Below are positions 7,281 to 16,367 of a DNA stretch of 64,000 bases, piece after piece. Position 1 is the first letter of the stretch; every line of letters starts with the position of its first letter. Position numbers and translations under genes: made by a program. The notes below the pieces were generated by a model. It saw only the letters and a list, made by a program, of their open reading frames with translations, was not told the origin of the DNA and made no database searches. The DNA comes from an uncultured virus (IMG/VR IMGVR_UViG_3300024500_000031) (taxonomy: Duplodnaviria > Heunggongvirae > Uroviricota > Caudoviricetes), in the IMG/VR virus record IMGVR_UViG_3300024500_000031. The stretch is one strand, 5' to 3'.

Positions 7281-7622
7281 ATGATTAACACAACTAAGTA
7301 TAAATGTGCAACACTTACAGATTTAAGATATGCCATTGCAGATGCAAATCCTACAATGTTCAAAGATCTTACTACAAAAGAACTGCGTTACATTGTTCGT
7401 CGCATAATGCCACTAAAAATTGATAAAGAACCAATCCAACGTATTATGCCAGCATCTGTTCTCATCAAAGCTTTGTACGAAGATGTAACACAATCAGATA
7501 TTCCAAGCACAATGAATATTTGGCTTGATACTTGGAACGAAACATTGAGTTCTTTTTATCAAAAATATGTTCTTGAAGAAACATCTGTTTACTTCATCAT
7601 CGACGATTCCAAACATCATTAA
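7281..7622 (+). CDS. hypothetical protein
   Basis: ORF exactly fills the space between pseudoknot copies 1 and 2. Confidence 0.75.
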   Translation: MINTTKYKCATLTDLRYAIADANPTMFKDLTTKELRYIVRRIMPLKIDKEPIQRIMPASVLIKALYEDVTQSDIPSTMNIWLDTWNETLSSFYQKYVLEETSVYFIIDDSKHH

Positions 7623-7627
7623 TCAAT

Positions 7628-7664
7628 GTGAGGGGTGCGTCTCACTGACAACGCACAGAAAGAG
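7628..7664 (+). ncRNA. repeated cis element, predicted H-type pseudoknot (copy 2)
   Basis: GTGAG-GG-GTGCGT-CTCAC-TGACA-ACGCAC-AGAAAGAG. Confidence 0.7.
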
Positions 7665-7673
7665 TTAACAATC

Positions 7674-8165
7674 ATGTCCGTAAATATTTACACCAACTAT
7701 TTCGTTGATCGTTTGACCGCTAACCATGCTCGCCTTCAAGAAGGCACGCTTGGTAAGTATGAATACTATGAGTCATACTCACATGAGTCACAGATGAACA
7801 TCAACGATCATCGATTTAGGTTGGTGTACAAACTCCGCATTGAAATAGCCGACAAAGAAGGTAATGCCTTGCCAGTACCTAACGTCATCATGGGCGTAAC
7901 CTTTGAAGCCTATGAAGATGAAAGTGTTACAGTTCTTTCGCCATCTGCAAGTAAGAGTGTTGATTATAATGTCAAACTTACAAAGACTGAGTTCCTTGAA
8001 CAAGTGGCAGAAGCCATCGAGAAGTTTAAATCATTCATTGAGGACTTCCCAATTCCTCAACTTGAGTTTGACTTCTGGCCACAGACTGCCAAACTCATGA
8101 AGCAGTTTGATCGCCAAACATCATCAACTGCACGTGACAACTCAGACTTCCTGTCACTAAAGTAG
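7674..8165 (+). CDS. hypothetical protein (start revised to ATG 7674)
   Basis: The track's GTG start lies inside the repeat; ORF fills the space between copies 2 and 3. Confidence 0.75.
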   Translation: MSVNIYTNYFVDRLTANHARLQEGTLGKYEYYESYSHESQMNINDHRFRLVYKLRIEIADKEGNALPVPNVIMGVTFEAYEDESVTVLSPSASKSVDYNVKLTKTEFLEQVAEAIEKFKSFIEDFPIPQLEFDFWPQTAKLMKQFDRQTSSTARDNSDFLSLK

Positions 8166-8171
8166 TTATAT

Positions 8172-8208
8172 GTGAGGGGTGCGTCTCACTGACAACGCAC
8201 AGAAAGAG
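8172..8208 (+). ncRNA. repeated cis element, predicted H-type pseudoknot (copy 3)
   Basis: Identical to copy 2 over 37 nt. Confidence 0.7.
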
Positions 8209-8214
8209 TTTAAT

Positions 8215-8454
8215 ATGACCAAGCGAGATAAAGCACATATGACCGCAGTACTAAAACACTGCAATCTTGACGTGTTTACATACAGCCCCGGAGATGGTGT
8301 TACACGCTACAAGTTTGCACCCAAAGGCATGTACGGCGATTACTTTGTAGCCGACCGTGGAGCACAAGCCTGTGGATTTAGCGAAGCAATGACATGGCTG
8401 TATGGCTATCAACAAGCACTTCTTGATCATCACATGAATGGAGAAAAAATCTAA
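8215..8454 (+). CDS. hypothetical protein (start revised to ATG 8215)
   Basis: Follows repeat copy 3; TAATG coupling to the next gene; TYSPGDG.TRY.F motif. Confidence 0.75.
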   Translation: MTKRDKAHMTAVLKHCNLDVFTYSPGDGVTRYKFAPKGMYGDYFVADRGAQACGFSEAMTWLYGYQQALLDHHMNGEKI

Positions 8455-8930
8455 TGCCACTTACATACGACACAAGCAACTGTCATCCGATTGTTCGCGA
8501 AGAACTTGCTGGAATCACAGAACGCATCATTTTTATAACCATGAATACTCGTCATGGATGGGAGTTGAACAAGAAGACAATGCCCGTGTTCATTCGCAGG
8601 TTCAACCTGTTAAATAAAACATGGAGGTATTTATGTATGGCTGATACGACGCACATGCGACAAACACATGACCGTATATGGCTTGACAAGTTTGGACTGC
8701 AATGGATCGGCGATGAGTATCCTCACCTTGTTCTAACTGAAGACTCAGTGCAGACGTATTGGTTCGGACTCAAAACTAATTGTGGTCAAGACACAGATGC
8801 AAAATGGAACAAGAATTTCTTGGAGAACCAGTATCGTGAATCTTTTGATCAGAGTCCGTTTTATCTGCGATACAGAACGATTGAACAAGTAAAGGATATA
8901 TACAATGAGCTTTGTATTCAGGCCGATTAA
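8454..8930 (+). CDS. hypothetical protein
   Basis: GGAG RBS, coupled start. Confidence 0.75.
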   Translation: MPLTYDTSNCHPIVREELAGITERIIFITMNTRHGWELNKKTMPVFIRRFNLLNKTWRYLCMADTTHMRQTHDRIWLDKFGLQWIGDEYPHLVLTEDSVQTYWFGLKTNCGQDTDAKWNKNFLENQYRESFDQSPFYLRYRTIEQVKDIYNELCIQAD

Positions 8931-9222
8931 GTACACGTTTTGGAGCACGTTCGGGGATAACACCCCGAACGACTTCATCGCTTGCTACATCGAACCACGT
9001 TTTGGTAATGCTGATGGTGTAGCAATACGACGACGACTCGCTCGTGAGATTGGATGCACTGGGTTGAGAACTGGCATCGAGTGGCTTTGCCATGACACAC
9101 AGTACAGCATGTACTCTGAACGCCATTCCATGATAGGTTTTGCTGAGGTACTAGAACCTATCACCGTTGAATCGAAAGCACAGGCTAGATCTATCTGTGC
9201 ATTTATGGAGTTAAAACAATAA
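8905..9222 (+). CDS. hypothetical protein
   Basis: AAGGA RBS, contiguous operon. Confidence 0.65.
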   Translation: MSFVFRPIKYTFWSTFGDNTPNDFIACYIEPRFGNADGVAIRRRLAREIGCTGLRTGIEWLCHDTQYSMYSERHSMIGFAEVLEPITVESKAQARSICAFMELKQ

Positions 9223-9434
9223 TGATTAAAGCAAACTGCAAGTATACGTTCCAACCTGTAGGTATGGATTTATTCTATCCACATGACATCAATGCTGGAG
9301 AAGAGGTAACCGTACTACCAACACCTCAAGGTTGTCCTAACCCAAGACCAATGAAGATGGTGTACGTACGTTCCACTAATCAACCATGTGTGTTGGTACT
9401 TATGAATAGCCTACAACCAAGGAGTAAAAAATGA
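9222..9434 (+). CDS. hypothetical protein
   Basis: GGAG RBS, coupled at both ends. Confidence 0.7.
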   Translation: MIKANCKYTFQPVGMDLFYPHDINAGEEVTVLPTPQGCPNPRPMKMVYVRSTNQPCVLVLMNSLQPRSKK

Positions 9435-9814
9435 GTGAATGGTTCAGCTTGGAAGACAGAAACTATCAAAACGACCACCGTGTACGCGGTGGTCGTGATC
9501 GTTGGTGGATTGCAATTGATGAACGCAAGATGCTAGTGAGGCACAAGTATGACAGTAAGACCAATAAACAAGTTTGGTACAAATTCAAATATGAAGCCTG
9601 CGATACATGTGATGGTAAAGGCCATCACGTTAATCCTTCTGTTGATTGCGATGGTCTAACAGCTGAAGATATGTATTACGGTGGTTACGAAGAGGACTAC
9701 TTTGAGGGCGTGTACGACGTGGCTTGTTACAAATGCCATGGTGAACGAGTCATGCCAGTAAAGTACGGAAAAGCAATATACAAAAAATCAAATGAGGAGG
9801 ATCGTTATGAGTGA
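9431..9814 (+). CDS. zinc-finger protein (two CxxCxG motifs)
   Basis: CDTCDGKG and CYKCHG; AGGAG RBS. Confidence 0.75.
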   Translation: MSEWFSLEDRNYQNDHRVRGGRDRWWIAIDERKMLVRHKYDSKTNKQVWYKFKYEACDTCDGKGHHVNPSVDCDGLTAEDMYYGGYEEDYFEGVYDVACYKCHGERVMPVKYGKAIYKKSNEEDRYE

Positions 9815-10208
9815 TGACAACATATTCCTGCAAGCATGGAATGAAATTATAGAGGACCGCGAGGTAGCACAAGAGTGCTACCTTTCTATTTATCAAGTCG
9901 AATCTTATTACGGTGGACCAGAGGAAGGAGGATGGTGGGGTTATCTACACATACTAAAAGAGTATTGCAAATGCTCGTCTCGTGAGGCAGCAGAAATGCT
10001 AATGAAAAAACTACAGGAGCGTTGTGAGCAATTAAATAACGAAGCAAAAATTGCTGATGGCGAAGATTGTCTGCGCCACATGGAACGTGCTGATCGGCGT
10101 GGTGAAGACGTTAGTGATGACGGATATGACGGACCATCGACATACTACATGACGATTGAATCGGTGCCGGGTGAGAATCAAGTAACAACAAAGAGTCATT
10201 ATGAATAA
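9807..10208 (+). CDS. hypothetical acidic protein with YGGPEEGGWW motif
   Basis: GAGGAGG RBS before ATG 9807. Confidence 0.75.
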   Translation: MSDDNIFLQAWNEIIEDREVAQECYLSIYQVESYYGGPEEGGWWGYLHILKEYCKCSSREAAEMLMKKLQERCEQLNNEAKIADGEDCLRHMERADRRGEDVSDDGYDGPSTYYMTIESVPGENQVTTKSHYE

Positions 10209-10581
10209 GCGATACAAAGAAGAGTATTACCATGCAGCTGCAGAATTTATTATGCAAACTGCTGCAACCATATGGGAGTTGCAATGGCATAACAGTGAAT
10301 GGAAACACTGTCCAAACAATGCACATCGTACATACAGCATTGACGTGCTTGATGAGGTCGATCCACACTACACGTGGACATTCCGCATTGAGTGTGGTTT
10401 TGCACTTGACTGCGTAGGCAAAAAATGTAAAGGCGAATGCGATGACCTTAGTACAGTCGGTGTAAACATTGGCTGGGATGGTATCAGCGAAGAGGAGGCG
10501 CATTATATATGTGACATTATCGATAAAGACGACAACAAATATAGTAAATATTGGTTTTGGAATGACGGAGTAACAAAATGA
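10201..10581 (+). CDS. hypothetical protein
   Basis: Overlap-coupled on both sides. Confidence 0.7.
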   Translation: MNKRYKEEYYHAAAEFIMQTAATIWELQWHNSEWKHCPNNAHRTYSIDVLDEVDPHYTWTFRIECGFALDCVGKKCKGECDDLSTVGVNIGWDGISEEEAHYICDIIDKDDNKYSKYWFWNDGVTK

Positions 10582-11471
10582 CAGCTAAAGAATATCTCAA
10601 CAAGTTTGGGCTGGATGCAGATCCAGCCCTTTTTACTAACGTAACTAATAACAAGCACATGAAACCCAAGTACAATTCGTACTGCTTTTATAACGGCGTG
10701 TCACAACTTGATCGGCGTTCGCCTATCATTGCAGTTATGTCCAACTGTCAATACAACCCAGAGGATTACAACATCAAGACTGGTGATATGTTACAGACAT
10801 ACATCATCATGCGTGATGTCCACCCTCAACATGCCATTGACTTTATGATTGACGACTGCATCTGTGGCAAATGTGTACACAAAAAAGGTTGGAAGAAACA
10901 CATTGTCAATGGCAAGGTCAAGCTTGTGCGTACGTGTTACGTTAACATTGGCAAGGGTGTTACTGCAATCTGGGAGTCATTCCAGCGAGGCAATGTACCT
11001 ATTGTGTCTAGCACTGTTGCTGCAACAATACAAGTTGTTGCTGGCAAGCAGACTCGCATGGGTTCGTATGGCGATCCTGTAGCCGTTCCGTTTCCTGTAT
11101 GGGGCGACCTGTTACGCTACAGTCTTGGTCATCGTGGCTACACACACCAATGGCGTATGAAGTTAGCTCAGCCATTCAAGGGCATACTACAAGCGTCATG
11201 TGATAACTATACTGACCAGTATGAGGCAGAGCAAGCTGGCTGGGGTACATTTACTGTCCTGCCTGAGCATGACTACGTCAATCGTAGGCACGTAGCCTAC
11301 AGCAAGGGTATGAAGCAATGCCCCAGCGACCCATTTATCAATGAGATGCGAGCGTATCGCAATATGCTACCAATGCACACAACGTGTGTTGGTTGCCCTG
11401 CGTCTCTCCAATGTGATGGCGACAGCCATGTTGTCATCCGCGCCCACGGCCCTGCAGCTAAGTGGGTTTAA
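10578..11471 (+). CDS. DUF7227-like Cys-rich phage protein (possible Fe-S / radical-SAM-like fold)
   Basis: N.KTGDM.QTYI, ICG.C, CYV, R.G.YGDP.AVP, GYTHQW, AS.D, CP...CxxC...C motifs. Confidence 0.6.
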   Translation: MTAKEYLNKFGLDADPALFTNVTNNKHMKPKYNSYCFYNGVSQLDRRSPIIAVMSNCQYNPEDYNIKTGDMLQTYIIMRDVHPQHAIDFMIDDCICGKCVHKKGWKKHIVNGKVKLVRTCYVNIGKGVTAIWESFQRGNVPIVSSTVAATIQVVAGKQTRMGSYGDPVAVPFPVWGDLLRYSLGHRGYTHQWRMKLAQPFKGILQASCDNYTDQYEAEQAGWGTFTVLPEHDYVNRRHVAYSKGMKQCPSDPFINEMRAYRNMLPMHTTCVGCPASLQCDGDSHVVIRAHGPAAKWV

Positions 11472-11504
11472 TTAAACAAACAAATAAACACGAGGTAACA
11501 CAAT

Positions 11505-11927
11505 ATGTTTTATTCAGTATGTGAGTACGAAGAATGGTCAACTGATCACTACGATTATGCACGTGACCAGCACTACACAGAAGACGGGGAGTTTCTCTCC
11601 CCGTGCGTTGGTGTAGAATTGATGTCGCGTGTAGGCAAGATGATATTTACAGACGTAAGTGTTGTGTACGAAGATAGACGTGTCATCGAATTCATTGATG
11701 AGGCTGTCAAACAGATGAAAATTGATAGGCCAAACAGTTGGGATATAGAAAAGTTTTGTGCTCTTGTTGCATCTACATATCACGAAAGAAACATTGACGA
11801 GTTTAATGATGCAATGTTTGAGTTTATCTATGACTGCACATACAGCGAGTGGACAGACATGTACAGTGGTCAAGATCTGTACGATGATTGCTCACTACTA
11901 CAACCAAATGGATGGGGAGAAGACTAA
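11505..11927 (+). CDS. highly acidic hypothetical protein
   Basis: GAGGT RBS; 32 D/E vs 10 K/R in 140 aa (hand count). Confidence 0.8.
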   Translation: MFYSVCEYEEWSTDHYDYARDQHYTEDGEFLSPCVGVELMSRVGKMIFTDVSVVYEDRRVIEFIDEAVKQMKIDRPNSWDIEKFCALVASTYHERNIDEFNDAMFEFIYDCTYSEWTDMYSGQDLYDDCSLLQPNGWGED

Positions 11928-12223
11928 TGACAGAAGAAGAATGGAATGAAAAAGACTTAGCTTTTGAAAAAGAGCTGCGCAAACTCCGGGAGAAATACCC
12001 GGAGTTTTATATTGAAGTATGGGGGCCATATGACTTTGTTTGTGGAGTGAATAGAGAAGAGTTTCAATCACATGACTTAATCATGGCTGAAATCATTGAA
12101 CGAGAAGATGAATGGCCAGAAGTTGTAACAGAATTACACGAAGGATTTGATGCCAACTATGGCACAAACTGGGACAGGATCGACATAACAGTAAAGGAAG
12201 TACGACGTAATGCAAGCAAGTGA
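11927..12223 (+). CDS. acidic hypothetical protein (start revised to 11927)
   Basis: GGGGAG RBS, TAATG coupling. Confidence 0.75.
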   Translation: MTEEEWNEKDLAFEKELRKLREKYPEFYIEVWGPYDFVCGVNREEFQSHDLIMAEIIEREDEWPEVVTELHEGFDANYGTNWDRIDITVKEVRRNASK

Positions 12224-12545
12224 CACACATGTCAAGTGGGTAATAGGTGATATTGATCGAGAGTTTTGGTACGACCAGATTACAGAAGGTATACGTCATT
12301 GTGAATGGGTAGTTGAATGGAATGCTGGCTGGATTGGTTATGATAATCAAAAGACATTGTTTCATATAGATATTCACGATGAAGAAGAGGAGGTGCATAC
12401 AATATCTTCTCTCGACGTGCTTACTTGGTTACAAAAAGCATGGTCACTTGGAGATCGTACGTTTGAGGAAGAACAGCAAGTCGATCAAGATGTTATTGAC
12501 ACAATGTTACAAGAGTTATGTTTTGGTGAATTAATTTACGGATAA
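12210..12545 (+). CDS. acidic hypothetical protein ending CFGELIYG
   Basis: AAGGA RBS; 25 D/E vs 6 K/R (hand count). Confidence 0.75.
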   Translation: MQASDTHVKWVIGDIDREFWYDQITEGIRHCEWVVEWNAGWIGYDNQKTLFHIDIHDEEEEVHTISSLDVLTWLQKAWSLGDRTFEEEQQVDQDVIDTMLQELCFGELIYG

Positions 12546-12556
12546 GGAATAAAGCA

Positions 12557-13054
12557 ATGCCTAATTGGTGTATGAACGAGTTAACAATCACTGGCCCAGC
12601 AGACAAAGTGTCTGCTTGGGCTGAGTTACACACTACAAAGTATGAGACAAGCACATCAGTACTAGACTTCAACAAGTCTGTGCCAGAGCCATTGGATGAG
12701 AATGGTTGTGGTGATGTCAACTGGCAATACAATAACTGGGGCACTAAGTGGGGAGCTTGCGACACAGGCTACTTAGACTTCAAAGAAGGTCATATTGTTA
12801 TTGGTTTTGATACAGCATGGGGTCCAGCTGACACATGGTTACACACTATGTCTGACATGTTCCCTGATCTTGAGTTCCACTGTAGATATGCTGAACCCGG
12901 CATGATGTTTGCTGGTGATATCTACGCAGGACCAAAAGGATACAGTCACGAACAGCGTTCAGATGATGACCTAACAGATGATGACCTACATCTAATGGGT
13001 GCTGAAACGTGTGTTCAATGTGAGAACTGGGAGCACAAATGCACCTGTGAGTAG
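12557..13054 (+). CDS. DUF1281/YubB (Api92-like ferredoxin-fold) family protein
   Basis: MPNWC.N.L.I.G, W..NNWGTKW, FDTAW.P, Y.EPG..FAG motifs. Confidence 0.85.
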   Translation: MPNWCMNELTITGPADKVSAWAELHTTKYETSTSVLDFNKSVPEPLDENGCGDVNWQYNNWGTKWGACDTGYLDFKEGHIVIGFDTAWGPADTWLHTMSDMFPDLEFHCRYAEPGMMFAGDIYAGPKGYSHEQRSDDDLTDDDLHLMGAETCVQCENWEHKCTCE

Positions 13055-13093
13055 GATATACTCATGTATTACTTTAATAATTGAAAGGTTTTT

Positions 13094-13492
13094 ATGTTAC
13101 AGGATTTAATTAATTTGCTTGATGCAATGAAGAAGAATAGTGATTACAAAGACGGGTGGGACAAACTAGAACCACTCATTGGATTAAATGGTGTAGTGTC
13201 CCTATCGTGGCCACAATGGCGTCTCAAAATTGTTACGTTCAGGATGCCGAAAGAATGGGATGGCAGCACAGAACAAGCAGAAGAAATACGTACCATTGAC
13301 AATTTGTATTGGCACAATGATCAAATCATATGGATTACAGACAAGAACAAAAATCAATATGATGAATCTTCTCTTGTGCGTGTAACTATAGCGGAGATCA
13401 TTGATGAGTTCCTGTCTGGTAAGTGGACACCACCATGGAAATGTGGGTACTGCGTGAGTAGACATAAGGGTTCATTGCATCCAAAGTTCTAA
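13094..13492 (+). CDS. hypothetical protein with C-terminal CxxC
   Basis: GAAAGG RBS; coupled to the next gene. Confidence 0.7.
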   Translation: MLQDLINLLDAMKKNSDYKDGWDKLEPLIGLNGVVSLSWPQWRLKIVTFRMPKEWDGSTEQAEEIRTIDNLYWHNDQIIWITDKNKNQYDESSLVRVTIAEIIDEFLSGKWTPPWKCGYCVSRHKGSLHPKF

Positions 13493-14046
13493 TGCCAACA
13501 CGTAGACGTAATGCTTACCATGCTGTCTGCTATATTGTGTCAAGTAATAAACGCAATGTAGCAGTCAGCAATCAATTTGTTGCCAAGATTATTTATCAAC
13601 ACTGGATAAGTATTTGTCAACAACAAGCTATTGATAATGTCATCACTGTACATGCATTGATGTCACCCAATAGCTGGTCTACTTGGAGCCGTAAACATAT
13701 AGTGCGCTTGTTAAACAACGCATGGAAGTGGAGGCTGTTATGTAAAACAGAAATTAAAAACAAAGAAACAAAAGAAACACTATCAAATACACAAATGAAA
13801 GTAACAGGAGATGATTATGAATACAACGCTGAATACACATACAGCTTGCTGCCGAAATCAGTTTTACACGCGCTCGATAATGCGCTCAATGACGCAAACA
13901 TACTTCAATTGTTACTACGTGCACCTACAGCATTGGCTGCACACGTTGCAATAAAAACAGAAGGTTACGTTAAATGGGCGGATGGCACAAGAATAGACCA
14001 TATCAAACAGGTATGGGAGTTCTTGAATTATGAGATCAAAAGGTGA
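13492..14046 (+). CDS. hypothetical protein
   Basis: TAATG coupling; 184-aa open frame. Confidence 0.7.
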   Translation: MPTRRRNAYHAVCYIVSSNKRNVAVSNQFVAKIIYQHWISICQQQAIDNVITVHALMSPNSWSTWSRKHIVRLLNNAWKWRLLCKTEIKNKETKETLSNTQMKVTGDDYEYNAEYTYSLLPKSVLHALDNALNDANILQLLLRAPTALAAHVAIKTEGYVKWADGTRIDHIKQVWEFLNYEIKR

Positions 14047-14134
14047 CGATCCAAGAGTTGGATGCATCACAACATTTATTATGGTGTTACTCGTTGCAAT
14101 AGCATTGTACATTGATGTAATACGTAATAGATGA
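14030..14134 (+). CDS. 34-aa membrane peptide (not in ORF track)
   Basis: MRSKGDDPRVGCITTFIMVLLVAIALYIDVIRNR; GGGAG RBS; ATGA overlap with VRR-NUC gene. Confidence 0.55.
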   Translation: MRSKGDDPRVGCITTFIMVLLVAIALYIDVIRNR

Positions 14135-14514
14135 GACGTAATAGAGCAGAAGCAACACTGCAACAACAAGTTGTACACCTATTAACAACGTGTGGTTATA
14201 CAGTTATGGAGATTGGCAAATCACGTGGCAAAACAAGATGTGTCAAGTGTGGGAACTGGAGTTACTCAACTGGCTGGCAAGGCAATACAGTTGGAGCACC
14301 TGACCTCTATATCCATCACAAGCAGTGGAACTTCTGCTCTATTGGCATTGAGTTGAAGACAGAGAAAGGAGCTGTGCGAAAAGAGCAACAACAATTTTCA
14401 GAACAACAATTAATCGTAATATGCAGATCAATAGAAGATGTAATACAGCAAGTGTTAGCTATTGACAAAATGTTTGGTAATGAAACTAAATTGGAGAAAT
14501 TAACGTGGATTTAA
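14131..14514 (+). CDS. VRR-NUC family PD-(D/E)xK endonuclease with CxxC insert
   Basis: E..LQ, GAPDL, IELKT..G....Q motifs. Confidence 0.85.
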   Translation: MRRNRAEATLQQQVVHLLTTCGYTVMEIGKSRGKTRCVKCGNWSYSTGWQGNTVGAPDLYIHHKQWNFCSIGIELKTEKGAVRKEQQQFSEQQLIVICRSIEDVIQQVLAIDKMFGNETKLEKLTWI

Positions 14515-15167
14515 ATAAAGTGTGGCCTTTCACAATGGATGACCATGATACATGGTTAGATATTGACCCATTTACAATGGTGTATATTGCTCGACATCAA
14601 ATGAGAGACAGTTCTCTATCATGCTTGACATCAGGAATATGGACATTTTTAAACATATGGACAACACGAGACAAAGTAGTTGAAACAATGAATAAACTTG
14701 GCCACGGTCCAGACGATTACGAAATACAAGTAGTGCCATTTGCTGAGATTTGCAGTATCTATCGGGCCATTACTCTTGACGGCGTACCGAAATTACTTAT
14801 TGGTATTACAAGCGCCATGATAATGTCATCTACCTATATACCAAGTAATCAATTAGTTACGTGTCCGTCAACCATTTGGATGTATGCAGTTGATAAAAAT
14901 AATAACGACGTTGTAACTAAAGATGGTGCTTTAATAGTCAGTCTTACAACGCACGGATTATTAGTTGAGTTGAACGATCATGTTCCTGACTTTGATGATG
15001 ACTATGCGAAAGGACTATATGAAATCAAAACAATACCACTCATAGGTTTAGTGTCAAAAACAAAATTAGTTTTCACTGATCGTGAAACGTATGACGTTAA
15101 AAAGGCATTAGCCTTAAGTAAATCACATCGTAGAGCATTAACAGAAACGGAGAATAGTAATGTTTAA
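14505..15167 (+). CDS. hypothetical protein
   Basis: GGAG RBS, GTG start, 220-aa frame. Confidence 0.7.
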   Translation: MDLNKVWPFTMDDHDTWLDIDPFTMVYIARHQMRDSSLSCLTSGIWTFLNIWTTRDKVVETMNKLGHGPDDYEIQVVPFAEICSIYRAITLDGVPKLLIGITSAMIMSSTYIPSNQLVTCPSTIWMYAVDKNNNDVVTKDGALIVSLTTHGLLVELNDHVPDFDDDYAKGLYEIKTIPLIGLVSKTKLVFTDRETYDVKKALALSKSHRRALTETENSNV

Positions 15168-15750
15168 CCCACGAGATCATTTCCTTAACCTGAAAGGCAA
15201 ACAGTATTTGCCTGTAGCTCCACGTATTGCATGGTTCCGTGAGGATCATGCAGACTGGACAATCAATACATATCCAGTTGCAGAACTATCAGGGCCTGAC
15301 TATGTTACGTTTGCAGCAGAGATACTCGACGGTGAAGGAAGACTGATTGCCAAAGCACACAAAACAGAACACGAGAAACATTTCTCTGACTATCGAGAGA
15401 AAGCAGAGACTGGTGCAATCGGTCGTGCGCTTGCATTATGCGGATACGGCACACTATTTGCTCAGGAACTAGAAGAACCTATTACGCCAGCTGGTGATAT
15501 GCGCATTGTCGATGCGCCACAACAGGCCAAGGCTTCTACACTAACTCCGGGAAAGCAGTTTGCTTTTGAGTGCAAACGCATATGGGGTGCAGATATCACG
15601 CCATCAGATATGAAGCGTGTATTCGCACGTCTTGCTGGGCATACTAATACAACAGATGAAAACCTACGACTTGTCATTGAAGTACTACAGGGATTCAACA
15701 CACCAGAAGAAGCAGAAGCAGTATTTTTATCAGAGGAAGAGAATAACTAA
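15160..15750 (+). CDS. ssDNA-annealing recombinase (Rad52/ERF-like)
   Basis: KGK.YL.VA.RI.WFR and EKAET.AIGRALA..GYG motifs; next to Gam-like gene. Confidence 0.7.
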   Translation: MFNPRDHFLNLKGKQYLPVAPRIAWFREDHADWTINTYPVAELSGPDYVTFAAEILDGEGRLIAKAHKTEHEKHFSDYREKAETGAIGRALALCGYGTLFAQELEEPITPAGDMRIVDAPQQAKASTLTPGKQFAFECKRIWGADITPSDMKRVFARLAGHTNTTDENLRLVIEVLQGFNTPEEAEAVFLSEEENN

Positions 15751-16313
15751 TGGACACAAATAAGTTTGACATTATCGGTGATAGTTACTGGGACAAAGAA
15801 ACTGGCGAATACGCTGGTCCTATTGATGGTTGGTTAGGCGACGAACTTAAAACAGAAGATGACGTTCTTTTAGCAATGCAGCGTTTACTAAAATATGAGA
15901 CAGAATTAAAAGCTGAACAACTTGCCATGCAGTCTGTCGTTGATCGTTGCAAACAAATGGTCAAGGACAGAGAACGCAAAGTACAGTGGCTGCAAGCACG
16001 GTATGGAGCACAGATTGCTGACTTTGCTAAAAAACAACTTGTTGGTAAAGCTAAGACATGGAAGTGCCCATGGGGTCAAGTTGCATTTCGCAACACACAA
16101 CCAACGTTTACAATTCATGATGAAGAAAAAGCAGCATTGGTCATTCCTATATCGACTGACGCTGTCCAGCTTCAATACAAAGTCTACAAAAGTAAGATAC
16201 CAAAAGAAGTGCAACTTACACTTGTAGAACAATACCCAGATATTTTCTCTGTGACAGAAGCCACAGAAAATGTATCGATTAAAGCATTGACAGCAACAGA
16301 CACAGAGGAGTAA
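15750..16313 (+). CDS. Mu Gam-like host-nuclease inhibitor
   Basis: Coiled coil followed by KT.K.P.G.V.FR motif. Confidence 0.7.
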   Translation: MDTNKFDIIGDSYWDKETGEYAGPIDGWLGDELKTEDDVLLAMQRLLKYETELKAEQLAMQSVVDRCKQMVKDRERKVQWLQARYGAQIADFAKKQLVGKAKTWKCPWGQVAFRNTQPTFTIHDEEKAALVIPISTDAVQLQYKVYKSKIPKEVQLTLVEQYPDIFSVTEATENVSIKALTATDTEE

Positions 16314-16367
16314 GATTGCATTGCCCCTGAAACTATATCAACACAGGGGAAAACAACTACCAAATGG

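Noticed and set aside
7239..8208. The ~36-nt repeats as a CRISPR array
   Set aside because: Spacing is ~390 and ~545 nt and the intervals are whole genes.
7635..8214. Shared N-terminus MRLTDNAQKE in two track ORFs as a protein motif
   Set aside because: It is translation of the non-coding repeat from an internal GTG; copy 1 is not in frame with its downstream gene.
7231..8217. Pseudoknots as stop-codon readthrough signals
   Set aside because: The downstream genes of copies 1 and 3 are out of frame with the upstream stop, and copy 2 has a second in-frame TGA at 7629-7631.
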